From positions 1 to 64,000 of IMG/VR virus record IMGVR_UViG_3300042305_002533: a stretch of DNA of 64,000 nucleotides; one strand, 5' to 3'. The first letter of the stretch is position 1. Each line of letters begins with the position of its first letter. Both the position numbers and the translations under genes were made by a program. Below, piece by piece: positions 37,952 through 48,774 of the stretch. The notes under the pieces are model-generated. The model saw nothing but the letters and a program-made list of their open reading frames with translations, did no database searches and was not told the origin of the DNA. The stretch comes from a virus.

Positions 37952-39992
37952 ATACGAGATCAACGCTACCGCTGCAGCTGAAGCGGCCGCGCTACTGCGC
38001 GACCTGCTGCAAACAGCCATTCCTGGAGGCGACTTTACGGAAGGCAGTGCCATCAGCGACTTGCTGATTGACGGGCACGCCATCATCACCGGCTTTTTAC
38101 GGCAGCAGATTCAGAACGCGCGCAATCGGCAGTCTCTGATCACGCTTCGGTATTTGCCGGAGTCCGAGAGCACGTCCGACGCGGCGGACGCGATCCTGGA
38201 CAACTTTTTCCGTACTCGGGCTCAAGGGAAGTTCGCCAAAGGCGTAGCCACACTGTATTTCAGTCAGCGTGGGGATGTGCTGATCCCCAGGACAACGCGA
38301 TTTTTCAAAAGCTCGTCTCTGGTGTTCTACATCGACAGCGGCGCCGATCTACTTATCCCCGCGACCGATCTACGTGCGGTGATCGGCCCGAATGGCGTCG
38401 TCACGGGGTACAGCACGACCGTATTCATGACTGCCGCGCGCGTAGGCGCGGACTACAACATCGCCCCCGGAAGATTTGTCTCGTTTGATCGGTTCAATCC
38501 GCTGCTCACGTACGTTGAAAATCTATCGGCGTTTAGCGGCGGTGAGTCGACACAAACAACGCAGGACTTCATTAACCGGTCAACGAGCGCGATTGCTCTG
38601 CGGGCGCTCATCAACGCCCGGTCGAACGACGCCACGCTGCTTGAACAGTTCACCGACATTGAGCGAACGCTCACGGTCGGTTATGGCGATCCAGAAATGA
38701 TGCGCGACCTTGTTGCCAACGTGAGCAACACCGTCGCCATGCACGTCGGCGGCCACATGGACATCTACGTCCGGCAGCCGGTCCAACAGGTTGTTGAACA
38801 GCTCGTCATCAATACGCTGACTCCGCGAAATGATGACGCGGTGATTATGTTCCGGCACCTGAACCGCGTGCCCACGTTCGTAGCGGCGGGCGTGGTGCCG
38901 GGGGACGTGCTGGTCATTACGTCTACGACGCCCGTGGGCAGCTTGCCGGTGTTCCAGTACGTCATCACCGCCGTAAGCGACTACCAGCTGCAGGTCTCCA
39001 CCAAGACACCATTCCCCCTTCCGACCGATGAAGCCGCTACGGCCATTTCGATTGCCTACACCGTCGGGGACAATTACCCGGATTTTGACAACAAAATTGT
39101 CGAGCTCGGCCCGTTAGCAGACGCGCGGACCTCGCGCCAGTTTTCTCAATTTAACAGCGTGATTTTACCGGCGCGCCCGACCTACATCATCAGGGGCGTT
39201 GAACTGCTGCCGCCAATCCCGCCGCAGCTAGCTGGCTACGTCGATATCACTTCGGGCGGCGTAAATTTCACGGCGCGAAAAAACGCGGCGCCCATAACCG
39301 CTCCCGTTGCCGGTGAAGAACTCGGTTATTTCATTTCGGTTCAAAATCCGACTCAAAGTCAGTCGGTAAACGCAGTCGCGACGCTTGAAGTTGGGTGGCC
39401 GGCTATTGACTTGAGCGGCCTCAGTTTACAGGTCACGTACGAGACTCCGACAAATTTTGAAGCGGTGGACGCGTACATCGGCGATCGACTGAACCGCCCG
39501 GGATGCAGTAATACTCTCGCTAAGGCGTATCACCCGATCTACCTATTTGCGAGCATCCCTTACCGGCTTCGAACCTCTCCCGCCTCTGCGTTAGAAACCA
39601 CTGTGCCCGAGTTCAACCCGCTATTGGCGGAGCAGGCGCTTCAAGAAGCCGTCAATAACTATCAGGGGGCCGACCGGCTCGACGTAAGTCTTCTGTCCAG
39701 TGCTGCGCGAGCAACCTCCACCGCCGTAGCGTCTATCTACAACTTCACCCTGACGTATCAGCTCATCATCCCGGACGGCAGTGTGATGACGTTTGAAACT
39801 CAGGATGAGATAACAATCTTCCCTGACGGGGCAACCAGCACGGCCGCACTATTGAACCCAACAGATTTTGGGCTGCCCGCGACCGGGTACTACTCAGCTT
39901 TACGGCAGTTCCTGCTCAATCAAGGCGTGTCTGATCGTGTGACGCGCTACTGCGCCTCTGACGGCGCCCTGGTCTTCGTTCAACGGAGCTGA
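37944..39992 (+). CDS. baseplate J/gp6-like wedge protein
   Basis: EGSAI.DL, A.G...L.F, G..YNI.PG, F.GG...T, G.GDPEM.RD, GG..DIY. Confidence 0.8.
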   Translation: MAEYEINATAAAEAAALLRDLLQTAIPGGDFTEGSAISDLLIDGHAIITGFLRQQIQNARNRQSLITLRYLPESESTSDAADAILDNFFRTRAQGKFAKGVATLYFSQRGDVLIPRTTRFFKSSSLVFYIDSGADLLIPATDLRAVIGPNGVVTGYSTTVFMTAARVGADYNIAPGRFVSFDRFNPLLTYVENLSAFSGGESTQTTQDFINRSTSAIALRALINARSNDATLLEQFTDIERTLTVGYGDPEMMRDLVANVSNTVAMHVGGHMDIYVRQPVQQVVEQLVINTLTPRNDDAVIMFRHLNRVPTFVAAGVVPGDVLVITSTTPVGSLPVFQYVITAVSDYQLQVSTKTPFPLPTDEAATAISIAYTVGDNYPDFDNKIVELGPLADARTSRQFSQFNSVILPARPTYIIRGVELLPPIPPQLAGYVDITSGGVNFTARKNAAPITAPVAGEELGYFISVQNPTQSQSVNAVATLEVGWPAIDLSGLSLQVTYETPTNFEAVDAYIGDRLNRPGCSNTLAKAYHPIYLFASIPYRLRTSPASALETTVPEFNPLLAEQALQEAVNNYQGADRLDVSLLSSAARATSTAVASIYNFTLTYQLIIPDGSVMTFETQDEITIFPDGATSTAALLNPTDFGLPATGYYSALRQFLLNQGVSDRVTRYCASDGALVFVQRS

Positions 39993-39994
39993 CC

Positions 39995-42900
39995 GTGGCT
40001 GTACGCCCTGACCCATCCCTGAACTTCATCAATGCGCTTTCTGACTTTTGGATTGTCTTTTTCAAAGACACCACACAGCTTCGCGCATACTTCTCTGGCG
40101 TTGAAATCAACGTGGGGCAGCTTTACTTAGAGCTGCTAGAGACGATTCTCGGGCCAAGCCTGCGGCACGCGCCTGTATTTTCTAGAAAGTATTTCAAGCT
40201 CTTTACCGTGAGCGAGGACGCGACCTTCTACGTAGAAGGCGCCGCGCCCAGTGACGATCGCTACTTGTTTGAGCCCGCAGACGCGGACTTGCAAGCGGTC
40301 GGCGCCCTCATGAACCGCGTAGTACTTCCAACTGCAGTACTGGAAGACCAGCGGGGCTATGAGATCGGCCAGACCGGAATTCAATTTTACAACAACCCGT
40401 TTGACGTAGACGGGCTGGGAAATTCTCAGCCCTTCTTTGCCTTGCGGTCTGTCGCCAAAAGTTTTGCCGCCGATTTTCGCGACCCCGCCCGCCGAGACTT
40501 TGCGTCGACCGGGATAAAGATCGGAGACTTCTTCCGGTTGAAGGTCGGCGCCGGCAACCCGATTGCCTCTCGAATTACGGGGTATAGCGGGGACACCCTA
40601 TATCTCCAGAGCACGGCGCCTGACTTTTCTCAAAATTTGAAGTCGCGCGCCTTCAAAGTGTCGGTGCTGCGCACCCCCTTTGATGCGCAACAAAACGGCG
40701 TACAGCTGCCCGACCACCCGTCGGAAGTGCAGAGGCTCAGTTCGAATGCTACCGATGTCGCAACAGTCGTAGGGGCGCTCGACGTAGATTTGACCGGCGA
40801 GCCGTACTTTAAGGGCGCCTGGGCGCCGCTTACCGCCTACGCTCAAGGCGACGTGGTGATTGCCCCCGGGCCTACGTTGGTGCGGGCGCTTGTCACGCAC
40901 ACCTCTCCGGCCGTTTATTCTCCGGCCCCGTGGGAAGGCTTTCTGAATAAGTACCTGTCGGTTCATTTACCGACAAGCCCCGACCAGGACGGGCTATTCA
41001 AAATAGTTTCGACTGCGGGCGCAGTTATTACCCTCGACCGCCCCACCACGTTTATCTCGACCCTCTCCAATCGGGCGCGGGCCTGGCTCGTTGGCTATCC
41101 AAACGGGCTAGTGGGGGCTGGAGAAAAGCCCGCGATCCAGTTTCAACACTCGTACATCGACCCTTCGACTTTTATGTTATTTGCCCGGCGCGGGCAGCCC
41201 GTTTATGTCCGTGAGGGCAATACCTACGTAGAAAAGCCCGAAGGCGGCCTCGTTGAAGCGGGCGTTGACTATTTGATGGATTACGACGCCGGCGTGATGA
41301 CCGTGCTGAGTGGTTGGAATCCAAGCGTGGCGCCTCTAGCCGGCTACCAGTGGAGCATCGACGTCGCCACATACGTCTACGCGCCTGCAACGCCTTGGAT
41401 CACCGCAACAGCGTACGCCGTCGGCGATCAGGTGACGTACACCAACAGTTACTATGTATGCGTGACGGCAAACACCGACGTGGTTTTCACGCCGGGAAAT
41501 TGGACACTGTACACGGCGCCCTTTACGTTCAATCAAATCCACGACGTAAAAGAAATCGCCATGTGGGGCTCGGAGGTTTTAATTGACCTCCAGACGCTAT
41601 ACACAAACTTCGGATACCTGCTCGGCTATGAGCGGCCTTCGAGCGAGCAGTACCGCGCCTTTCTACAAGGAGTTGCTCAGCTCTTTGTAATTGGGCCGGT
41701 ACTCGCCCGATTTGAAAGTGCCCTCAACGTAACCTGCAATCTTCCGGTTGTACGCGACGACGGGGAGGTGCTGCGAAGTTACGACTCGGGCATCTGGGCT
41801 TCAGGGACCGATGGGCAAATTTTGGACGCGACAGATGGGCGCAACGGCACGCTGGTCACCAGCTCTTCTGAGTTTTCATCCCCAACCGCCAATTTTTTCC
41901 CCTCGGACGTCGGCGCGGTTATCCGCGTAAAGCTGGGAAACAGCTATGCCAGCTACATCGTTACCGCTGTATTGAGCGCCACAACCGCTACCGTTATTCC
42001 CGTCCCGCCAGATGCGAGCGCTGTAATCTGGAGTTATTCGCACGTGACGTTTGATCGTGTATTTCGGTCAGCGTCTTACGCATTTAGCGCAGATGATATT
42101 GACGCAATACTTCAGATATCTGGAGCGTCAAACGCCGCTAACAACGGTAGTTTTCGCATTGCTTCGGTAGAAAACGCAACAACTGTGATCTTGGACTCAC
42201 AGTTCAATTTACAAGATGAAACGTCACTGGTCTGGCGCCTGTCCCGATCGGGCGCGCAAACGGTCACAACGTCGCGAACAACGTACACGTTCCCGTTTGA
42301 AGTGAAGATAAAGCCCGCAGTAACGCAGACGTCAAATTGGAACGTTTTGAAGTTTCAGGCGTTTGATCCGCTTACCGACGCCTTCGTCGTCGCAGACTAC
42401 GTTCAAGACCCGACGTGGTGGCACGACACGGAAATTCCAAAGGAGCTGTTGTCGTTTAGCACAGGCTCCGAAGCGCGACGCCGAGTGTCATCGCTTCTGG
42501 TGGAGCATCGCGTAAACCCGTTTGACAACGCCGCTGTCAGCGACGTCGGGCTGGCCGCCGGGGTCGACGATGAAGGGCGTCCGGGAATTTCACGCGTCGG
42601 CGCAGGCGTGTGGTTCGGCCGCGATCAGGTGGGCTTGAGTTTTCCGGCCGGAGTGCCCGTGGCCAATGCTCAAGACCCTGGGCGTTACGCCCTTGTGAGC
42701 AGTCCGTTGTTTGAGGGCCAATTTGAAATCCGCGCCGTCGATACCGCCGGAACAACGCTTAGCCTTAACTCCTTCCCGCCCCCGGAGCTACGGGGCGTTG
42801 TGCCCCCGTTGCCGCTGACCGTTGAGTTGCCGCCTTTGCTTTACCGCCGAACGATTGGCTTCATCATGATGGATCGGTACTTCAAATATCACGCCTTATC

Positions 42901-43549
42901 TGTCAAAATTGATCCAAACACCCCGCTGACCCCCGACTTTTTTACTGAGGCTGTAGGCATCCTCCAGCAAACAAAACCGGGGTTCACGTACGTTTATTTG
43001 AACACGCCTCTGGGTTTCCGCGACGAAATGATCGGCGTGGACCAAGGCGTGATTCTGGGGGTTGGCCTCAGCCGGGTTGAGCCGGTTATCGCCGCAGACA
43101 ACAACATTGTCGTAGGGCCTCCGGGGCTCCTTCAAGCCAACGACACCTTCTATTTTTTGTTACAAACCCAGGCTATCGGCCCCGCCTCAGGCGCGTACCC
43201 GTTAACCCCTGTTCTGCCTGTTGGCGGAGCGCCGCGTTTTCACGTCGTGAAAGGGTGGTTCGATCTCGCGGTCATCGTAGGCGGCCGGCGTCTTGCCGAA
43301 AATCAGGACTACGTCCTCGACCGCCTCAATGGCGCGGTCACCTTGATCACTACTTTACCCGGGCCTACCACGTTCAGTTATATTGCCGTGATCCTTCGAA
43401 CACGCACGCCCGGCGATGGGCTAGTCGATGCGCCGGGAGAGACCGCGATCTGTGTGAACGGCGCCAACCCCACGACGTGGTGGAGCCCCGGACAAACGTA
43501 TTCAGACGCCGGCTTGATCGATAGGGCGGTACAACTTACCATTGCGTAA
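39995..43549 (+). CDS. baseplate wedge gp7-like protein with two CBM5/12-like motifs
   Basis: LYTNFGYLLG..Y..F..G..GP; WAPLTAYAQGDVV and WITATAYAVGDQVTY..YVC. Confidence 0.65.
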   Translation: MAVRPDPSLNFINALSDFWIVFFKDTTQLRAYFSGVEINVGQLYLELLETILGPSLRHAPVFSRKYFKLFTVSEDATFYVEGAAPSDDRYLFEPADADLQAVGALMNRVVLPTAVLEDQRGYEIGQTGIQFYNNPFDVDGLGNSQPFFALRSVAKSFAADFRDPARRDFASTGIKIGDFFRLKVGAGNPIASRITGYSGDTLYLQSTAPDFSQNLKSRAFKVSVLRTPFDAQQNGVQLPDHPSEVQRLSSNATDVATVVGALDVDLTGEPYFKGAWAPLTAYAQGDVVIAPGPTLVRALVTHTSPAVYSPAPWEGFLNKYLSVHLPTSPDQDGLFKIVSTAGAVITLDRPTTFISTLSNRARAWLVGYPNGLVGAGEKPAIQFQHSYIDPSTFMLFARRGQPVYVREGNTYVEKPEGGLVEAGVDYLMDYDAGVMTVLSGWNPSVAPLAGYQWSIDVATYVYAPATPWITATAYAVGDQVTYTNSYYVCVTANTDVVFTPGNWTLYTAPFTFNQIHDVKEIAMWGSEVLIDLQTLYTNFGYLLGYERPSSEQYRAFLQGVAQLFVIGPVLARFESALNVTCNLPVVRDDGEVLRSYDSGIWASGTDGQILDATDGRNGTLVTSSSEFSSPTANFFPSDVGAVIRVKLGNSYASYIVTAVLSATTATVIPVPPDASAVIWSYSHVTFDRVFRSASYAFSADDIDAILQISGASNAANNGSFRIASVENATTVILDSQFNLQDETSLVWRLSRSGAQTVTTSRTTYTFPFEVKIKPAVTQTSNWNVLKFQAFDPLTDAFVVADYVQDPTWWHDTEIPKELLSFSTGSEARRRVSSLLVEHRVNPFDNAAVSDVGLAAGVDDEGRPGISRVGAGVWFGRDQVGLSFPAGVPVANAQDPGRYALVSSPLFEGQFEIRAVDTAGTTLSLNSFPPPELRGVVPPLPLTVELPPLLYRRTIGFIMMDRYFKYHALSVKIDPNTPLTPDFFTEAVGILQQTKPGFTYVYLNTPLGFRDEMIGVDQGVILGVGLSRVEPVIAADNNIVVGPPGLLQANDTFYFLLQTQAIGPASGAYPLTPVLPVGGAPRFHVVKGWFDLAVIVGGRRLAENQDYVLDRLNGAVTLITTLPGPTTFSYIAVILRTRTPGDGLVDAPGETAICVNGANPTTWWSPGQTYSDAGLIDRAVQLTIA

Positions 43550-43554
43550 TCGCG

Positions 43555-44049
43555 ATGAAACCCAACATTTCGTTCGGCGGTAACGTTCGCCTTCGCGGCG
43601 ACCTGACCGTTGAAATCTGCCACACGCCCACAGGCCAAATTACACGGCAGCACGTACGTAATACGATCACGTACGACGGGCTGAACTCATCGCTATATCT
43701 CTGGGCTCAGGACGGCGTCACACCGTCTGACTACCAGATTGCGACGTTGGTCCCCGGAACCAATAGCCAGCCTCCGACGCGGGGAGACACGGGGGTCATT
43801 TCTCCGATCATCGTCGGAGATTGGATCACCCTGACTGCCGGCAACCGCTTGGTGTCGCCCGCAACCGGGGAGCTCATCATCACCGCGACCCTGGGTAACG
43901 CTCAAGGAAATGTCGCGCCAAACTCTCTGACAGAAGTAGGGCTGCTGCTCGGCAACGGGGACTTGTTTGCGCGCCAAATCCACCCGGCTTTCGCGAAGAC
44001 CAACGCCTTCACGCTGACGTATACGTGGCGCATCGCCGTCACCGCCTGA
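43555..44049 (+). CDS. baseplate/tail-collar protein
   Basis: N.ITY.G..EVGL...LFAR....KT....L...W.I. Confidence 0.65.
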   Translation: MKPNISFGGNVRLRGDLTVEICHTPTGQITRQHVRNTITYDGLNSSLYLWAQDGVTPSDYQIATLVPGTNSQPPTRGDTGVISPIIVGDWITLTAGNRLVSPATGELIITATLGNAQGNVAPNSLTEVGLLLGNGDLFARQIHPAFAKTNAFTLTYTWRIAVTA

Positions 44050-44058
44050 GGAACCGCC

Positions 44059-46878
44059 ATGCCCAAGATCTACGACGAGCAGACCGATTACACCGCCGCT
44101 GGAGATAACAACCAGAACACGGCGGCCTCCATCCAGCCGATCGCGGGTGGCGAAAACCTATGGCAAGCGGTCCTGAACCGAACTGCCGAGAATCTACGGA
44201 AGCGCACAGAGGTCCTGCGGCAAGTAACCGACGATCTCCGTTATTTCGCAGATTATGACCGCGTGCTTCTTTGTCGTGCGGAAAACACGACTTTCACGTT
44301 TACGAATCAGCCTGATGGGCACGTGCTGGCAATGACCGGCGGCCCGCTGTGGGTCTACCCCGCGCTAACGCCTGGGCGCCTCAGCGGAGGCCGGACACGC
44401 GGCGCGCGTATGTTCGTGCAAAACGGCCTCAACTGGTTTCCCTACGCCGGCACCCTGGGTGTGAATGATCTTTCGTTCGTTGCGACGGCGCAGTTCACTG
44501 GAATGCGCGGCTACGAGGATTGTGAAAACTTCGACACCGTCGGCAGCGGCTTCTCGCTAGGCGGGAATCGTTTGCAAATCACGCTGGTCGCAAATCCGGC
44601 AGTGGCTGGAGGCGTCATCAGCGCGACCGTTACCGGCGCACCAGAAACGCTCATCACGATTACGTACGGCACCCTAACGCCGACGTATATCAGCCAGATC
44701 ATCGCGTACATCGCTTCAGATACCACGTCACAAGGCGGTTACGGCCTTGCGCACATGATCCGAGGCGTTACGACTCTGACAGCGGGGCCGGCCTCTACGA
44801 CCGTACCGCCGACCATTACAAACGCGATGTTTCAAGGCGGTTACGACGCGGAAGCGCATCAGATCACGGCCGTTCAGCTGACAACGTTTTTCAACGCTCT
44901 CGATTCCGTCGTCTACCACAACCGGTTGCAAGAGGGCGAGAGCCTCGCCATCAGCTTCGTGGCAGGGCCCGTTGAGCGCGGGTCTGGAATCATGCAGGGC
45001 GGCCGCCGGCAATCATTGTTTGATCTACCGACGGGCCGAACCGGCACGACGATGGACAACACGCCGAGCCTCAATATTTTCAACACCGGCCGCGAGCCCG
45101 AAAAAATCCCAGGGTCCGTCCCCATCGGCAAGATGATCGATGGGAAGTTTGTCTTCATTGACGGGACTGTTGTAGGGCCCTCGGCAATTTCACTCGGTGA
45201 AAGCGCCATCACGCTCGGGCGGCTAGCGGCATACTCCGCGCCGAGTGGGGCCTCGCTCGTGGGATATGCCGGGTCGGGGCCGTTTCACGCAGACGCAGCC
45301 GTCGCCCCTGGGCCCCTTGGCGCGACATCCTCGCTTGCAGCTGGGGGGCTTGAAACGGTGCTGGACGCTTTTGTGTCCGCCCTCGCGGATGCCACAATTA
45401 ACCAAAGCGGCGCCCGCCGAATTGGCGGCGAGTCTCTCGCGGCTACGGTTAGTACCGGCAACGGTTCAAATCAATTACCGCTATCTGCGGGCTCTTTGCG
45501 CCAGCAACTCAATCAAGTGCTGAACGGCACCTATGCCGGACGGCCTGTAGGTGTCAACGGGCGCGTCAATGAATGGGGGCATCAGCTTCATAATTTTGAC
45601 CCGCTTATCAAAAATCTGGCAGAGACAACGCCAGAAGATCTTTCTGGCGGCGGGGCTCGATTTATCCACGGGCACTCAACCGCAGGCCCGCAAGGGACGC
45701 CCTTCATAACTTCGCCTACAACAGGTTTTGACCGACCGCGCGTCCTATCCGATATCTTCGTAGAGAAACTTAGCTGGAGCACTATTGGTACGGGCACGTT
45801 AAACGACAACTGGCTCTACGACACGCCTTATGATCAGTCGGCCTCCCCCGACCCTACAGATTTGTTGTTTTTAACGGGCACAAGCGTCGGGCAAATGACA
45901 GCGGTCCGAGCTCGGCTCAAGACTGGACTAAGAAACAGTTCTTATGGCGTTGGAAGCGAGAGCTACCTGTTGCTCGTTTACGTCGACGGGAGCGGATCGA
46001 GCGTTGACGGTTGGTATTACCTGTACGACATCGATACGGCGCAACAAGCGTTGCAGCTTGTCAATTTGGATGGCAGCCAAGCCAACGTCCATGCCGGTGG
46101 AAGCGGCGTTGTGAATATCTACGCCGGCGTGATGATCGGCGATGAAAAGGCGGGGCAGAAACTGCGCGCCTTCCATTTTACGAACAGCGCTGTGCCTCTA
46201 ATTGATATTGGAGTCTGGCGGCAGTCCCAAATGATTATGCAGTTTTGGGACCCCAATGCGTGGGGGCCTACGGTAGGCACCCCTGCGGCGCCGGGTGCAT
46301 GTTTCTACTCCGACAACGCTGTTTGGCTGCCGGCCGGCCTGGCGCCGAGGAGCACTGACAACATCCTTGTCACGGGCGATAAAGTACTACTCGATGGCGT
46401 CGAAACTGGCACTGCCGTGGACGCTACGGCGAGTCACCATCACGGGGACACCTACGCTAGTTTCACTCCGACCATTCCGCCAACAAACAATACTAACAAC
46501 TGGTTGAGCATTTCGACCATTGCTGGGCCACCTCCGGGCACGCCATTTCCTGTTACGGCGCCTGCAGGGTTTCTGGCCGTTGGCGTCCTGATTTATTATG
46601 AGATTGAACTAACACCGCTTGCAGCAGGCGCTGTAACCGGCATACTAGTAGTAACCGATAAAAACGCAAACACCCTAATGAAGTTTGAGTACATTTACAC
46701 GGCCACTGGCGCAGGCGACACACGTAAGAGCATCGGCCAGGTGTTTGTCCCGCTACAAGAGCTTACCCCCGGGGGTGGTGGCGAGTTTTATTTCTGGCGA
46801 ATACCAAGCATTAATGTAGACACTGGCGGCAGCACGTGGCTGCTCCAGTATATCGCTAAGTCGCTTGTTCCCGTTTGA
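44059..46878 (+). CDS. tail fibre/receptor-binding protein
   Basis: N-terminal GE....NR..ENLR.RT anchor; Gly/Thr-rich; GASLVG. Confidence 0.6.
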   Translation: MPKIYDEQTDYTAAGDNNQNTAASIQPIAGGENLWQAVLNRTAENLRKRTEVLRQVTDDLRYFADYDRVLLCRAENTTFTFTNQPDGHVLAMTGGPLWVYPALTPGRLSGGRTRGARMFVQNGLNWFPYAGTLGVNDLSFVATAQFTGMRGYEDCENFDTVGSGFSLGGNRLQITLVANPAVAGGVISATVTGAPETLITITYGTLTPTYISQIIAYIASDTTSQGGYGLAHMIRGVTTLTAGPASTTVPPTITNAMFQGGYDAEAHQITAVQLTTFFNALDSVVYHNRLQEGESLAISFVAGPVERGSGIMQGGRRQSLFDLPTGRTGTTMDNTPSLNIFNTGREPEKIPGSVPIGKMIDGKFVFIDGTVVGPSAISLGESAITLGRLAAYSAPSGASLVGYAGSGPFHADAAVAPGPLGATSSLAAGGLETVLDAFVSALADATINQSGARRIGGESLAATVSTGNGSNQLPLSAGSLRQQLNQVLNGTYAGRPVGVNGRVNEWGHQLHNFDPLIKNLAETTPEDLSGGGARFIHGHSTAGPQGTPFITSPTTGFDRPRVLSDIFVEKLSWSTIGTGTLNDNWLYDTPYDQSASPDPTDLLFLTGTSVGQMTAVRARLKTGLRNSSYGVGSESYLLLVYVDGSGSSVDGWYYLYDIDTAQQALQLVNLDGSQANVHAGGSGVVNIYAGVMIGDEKAGQKLRAFHFTNSAVPLIDIGVWRQSQMIMQFWDPNAWGPTVGTPAAPGACFYSDNAVWLPAGLAPRSTDNILVTGDKVLLDGVETGTAVDATASHHHGDTYASFTPTIPPTNNTNNWLSISTIAGPPPGTPFPVTAPAGFLAVGVLIYYEIELTPLAAGAVTGILVVTDKNANTLMKFEYIYTATGAGDTRKSIGQVFVPLQELTPGGGGEFYFWRIPSINVDTGGSTWLLQYIAKSLVPV

Positions 46879-46879
46879 T

Positions 46880-47449
46880 CTAGATATTTTCAGGGTCTCG
46901 CCCCGCCCGAGAGCGGCGCTTTGGTTTCCCACGCTGAAGCGCCGTCACAACTTCAAGTTCGCATCTCCTTCGCAACTCGTCTTTGTGATCGAGCGCCCAG
47001 GCTAGTCGCGCGAGCATCAGCGCGTCGGCTGAGTCATCGTCGTCGCCGAGGTCAATTCCGAATACGACCTTCACGGCGTGAATAACTTCAGCCTTCGAGG
47101 CCTGCCCGTTCCCTGTGGCAAACTTTTTGAGCCGCGTAGGCTCAATGACTTGTAGCTCGACCCCCGCTGCCTCGAACACAGCGACCTTGAGCGCCCCCGA
47201 AGCCTCGCCCAGGTCGAACTCGCGGTGCGTGCTGCCAAGACTCGGACCTTCGATACAGCCGCCAGTCACTACTCCCAACGGGAACCGCGTATGCGAGGCC
47301 GCCCACGAAAATATCGTCGCCAGCCTTTCGGCCCCGCGCAGTTTTCGACTTACACTAAGAGCGTTGAGAAACTCGACTTCTAGCCCGTTTTTTAAGATCG
47401 CCAGTCCTGGGCGATTCAAAGACGGGTCCACCCCGATGTAGACGCTCAT
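46880..47449 (-). CDS. ruvC: RuvC-like Holliday junction resolvase
   Basis: IGVDPS...G, CIEG, LGE..G, P..LKKFATG.G.ASK, DD.ADA. Confidence 0.88.
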   Translation of the reverse strand: MSVYIGVDPSLNRPGLAILKNGLEVEFLNALSVSRKLRGAERLATIFSWAASHTRFPLGVVTGGCIEGPSLGSTHREFDLGEASGALKVAVFEAAGVELQVIEPTRLKKFATGNGQASKAEVIHAVKVVFGIDLGDDDDSADALMLARLAWALDHKDELRRRCELEVVTALQRGKPKRRSRAGRDPENI

Positions 47450-48380
47450 GCCCAGCATCATCATACGGATCCGACAAAAAGGCTATATCCGGTCAGCCGG
47501 ATATCAAGCCGTGAACTGGGCGGTGACGGTGCCGGTCTCGGACCCTCCGGGAGACCCGCTACTCGGCACACAGCCCCTCTCCTACGCCCCGCTGTTTGTC
47601 GTTCGCAATTCAGGCGGCGCCGATTCGCTCGCCCGCGTAGCCACGCTTCGCGATCTTGTTGCGATTCCTCAAGCAGAACTGAAGTACTTCGACATTCTTG
47701 GCCCCGGCGGAAACCAGGTATTGGGGACGGCCCAAGCGGGCGACGTCCTGACGTTCCCTGAAACCTCGGGGCGCCTCTCCTATTGGCTTGAGGACGCCGC
47801 GCCGTACAACTCAAACCAGTTCACGGTAGCGCAGCTGGTAAATAAAGCAGCCGGATCTGGACCGCAAATTTTGTCGAGCAGCCGGCTGCAGCTTCCCGGG
47901 TATTCGTTTACAGATAACGACGTAAACCGTTGGGTGCGGCTCTCGGGCTTTTCGGCTCCAGCGTACAACGCTTTGGTACAAATCCAGTCGATCTCTGGCA
48001 ACATCGCAACAATCAACATCCCGACCCCGACAAGCGCCACAGGCGGGGCCTGGCAAATGCCGCTGCTTGAAATCGTAACAAATGCCGGGGCGGGCCTGGA
48101 GCCTCGGTTTTTCCCAACGCGGGAAACGAACCTACAGTGGACGTTAACGCGGGGCGCCGTACTCGTAGGCTCAGGCGACTACGGCGGGACAACAACGCGT
48201 TGGGCGGGACCGCCGAGCCCGCTGGCGCGTTCGATCCGTTACACGGACCTCGCGCCGAGCAGTGAAGCCGCTAATGCGTTTTTCGTAAGCGTGCGCAGCG
48301 GTGTTGCGGTCCTACAAACTACCGCAGCGAAAAACGACACCGACTTCACACCCTTGCTGACGAGCACCTACGGGCCCTGA
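47448..48380 (+). CDS. virion structural protein
   Basis: Beta-rich ORF in the late module; RVAT..DL motif shared with its neighbours. Confidence 0.55.
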   Translation: MPSIIIRIRQKGYIRSAGYQAVNWAVTVPVSDPPGDPLLGTQPLSYAPLFVVRNSGGADSLARVATLRDLVAIPQAELKYFDILGPGGNQVLGTAQAGDVLTFPETSGRLSYWLEDAAPYNSNQFTVAQLVNKAAGSGPQILSSSRLQLPGYSFTDNDVNRWVRLSGFSAPAYNALVQIQSISGNIATINIPTPTSATGGAWQMPLLEIVTNAGAGLEPRFFPTRETNLQWTLTRGAVLVGSGDYGGTTTRWAGPPSPLARSIRYTDLAPSSEAANAFFVSVRSGVAVLQTTAAKNDTDFTPLLTSTYGP

Positions 48381-48381
48381 C

Positions 48382-48774
48382 ATGAGCTGGATTCAAGTCA
48401 CGAGTTCGCAGACCCTTATCCCTGGCGCTACGTCAACGCAGACACGGTACCGCGTGGCGGTTCAAGTCGACCTGGCGCAAGGAATTGAGAAGGAGCTGTT
48501 CGTGTACCGCCTGACCGATCAGGGGTACAGTCACGTAGCTAGGTACGAAGATCTGAATCTGTACCCGGCCGACGCGGCGACGGCGCAGGCAAATGATCTT
48601 CTGTTCTACCGGCGGGCTGACGTAGAACTTTCTTTTTCTACTGAGGCGGCGGCCTCTTCAGCACTACGAGAACTTTTAGCCGCATTGAGCGGCACGAACA
48701 AGGTCTGGGGGCGCGCGGCCGCTGCGCCTTTTGGTGGTGTGCAGACCGTGGTTTATGACAGCGAGGACGCATGA
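48382..48774 (+). CDS. virion structural protein
   Basis: ELFVY..HVA...DL..YP..FYR motif. Confidence 0.55.
   Translation: MSWIQVTSSQTLIPGATSTQTRYRVAVQVDLAQGIEKELFVYRLTDQGYSHVARYEDLNLYPADAATAQANDLLFYRRADVELSFSTEAAASSALRELLAALSGTNKVWGRAAAAPFGGVQTVVYDSEDA

Noticed and set aside
44059-46878. Diversity-generating retroelement target in the fibre gene
   Set aside because: No reverse transcriptase or TR/VR repeat pair was noticed in this window.
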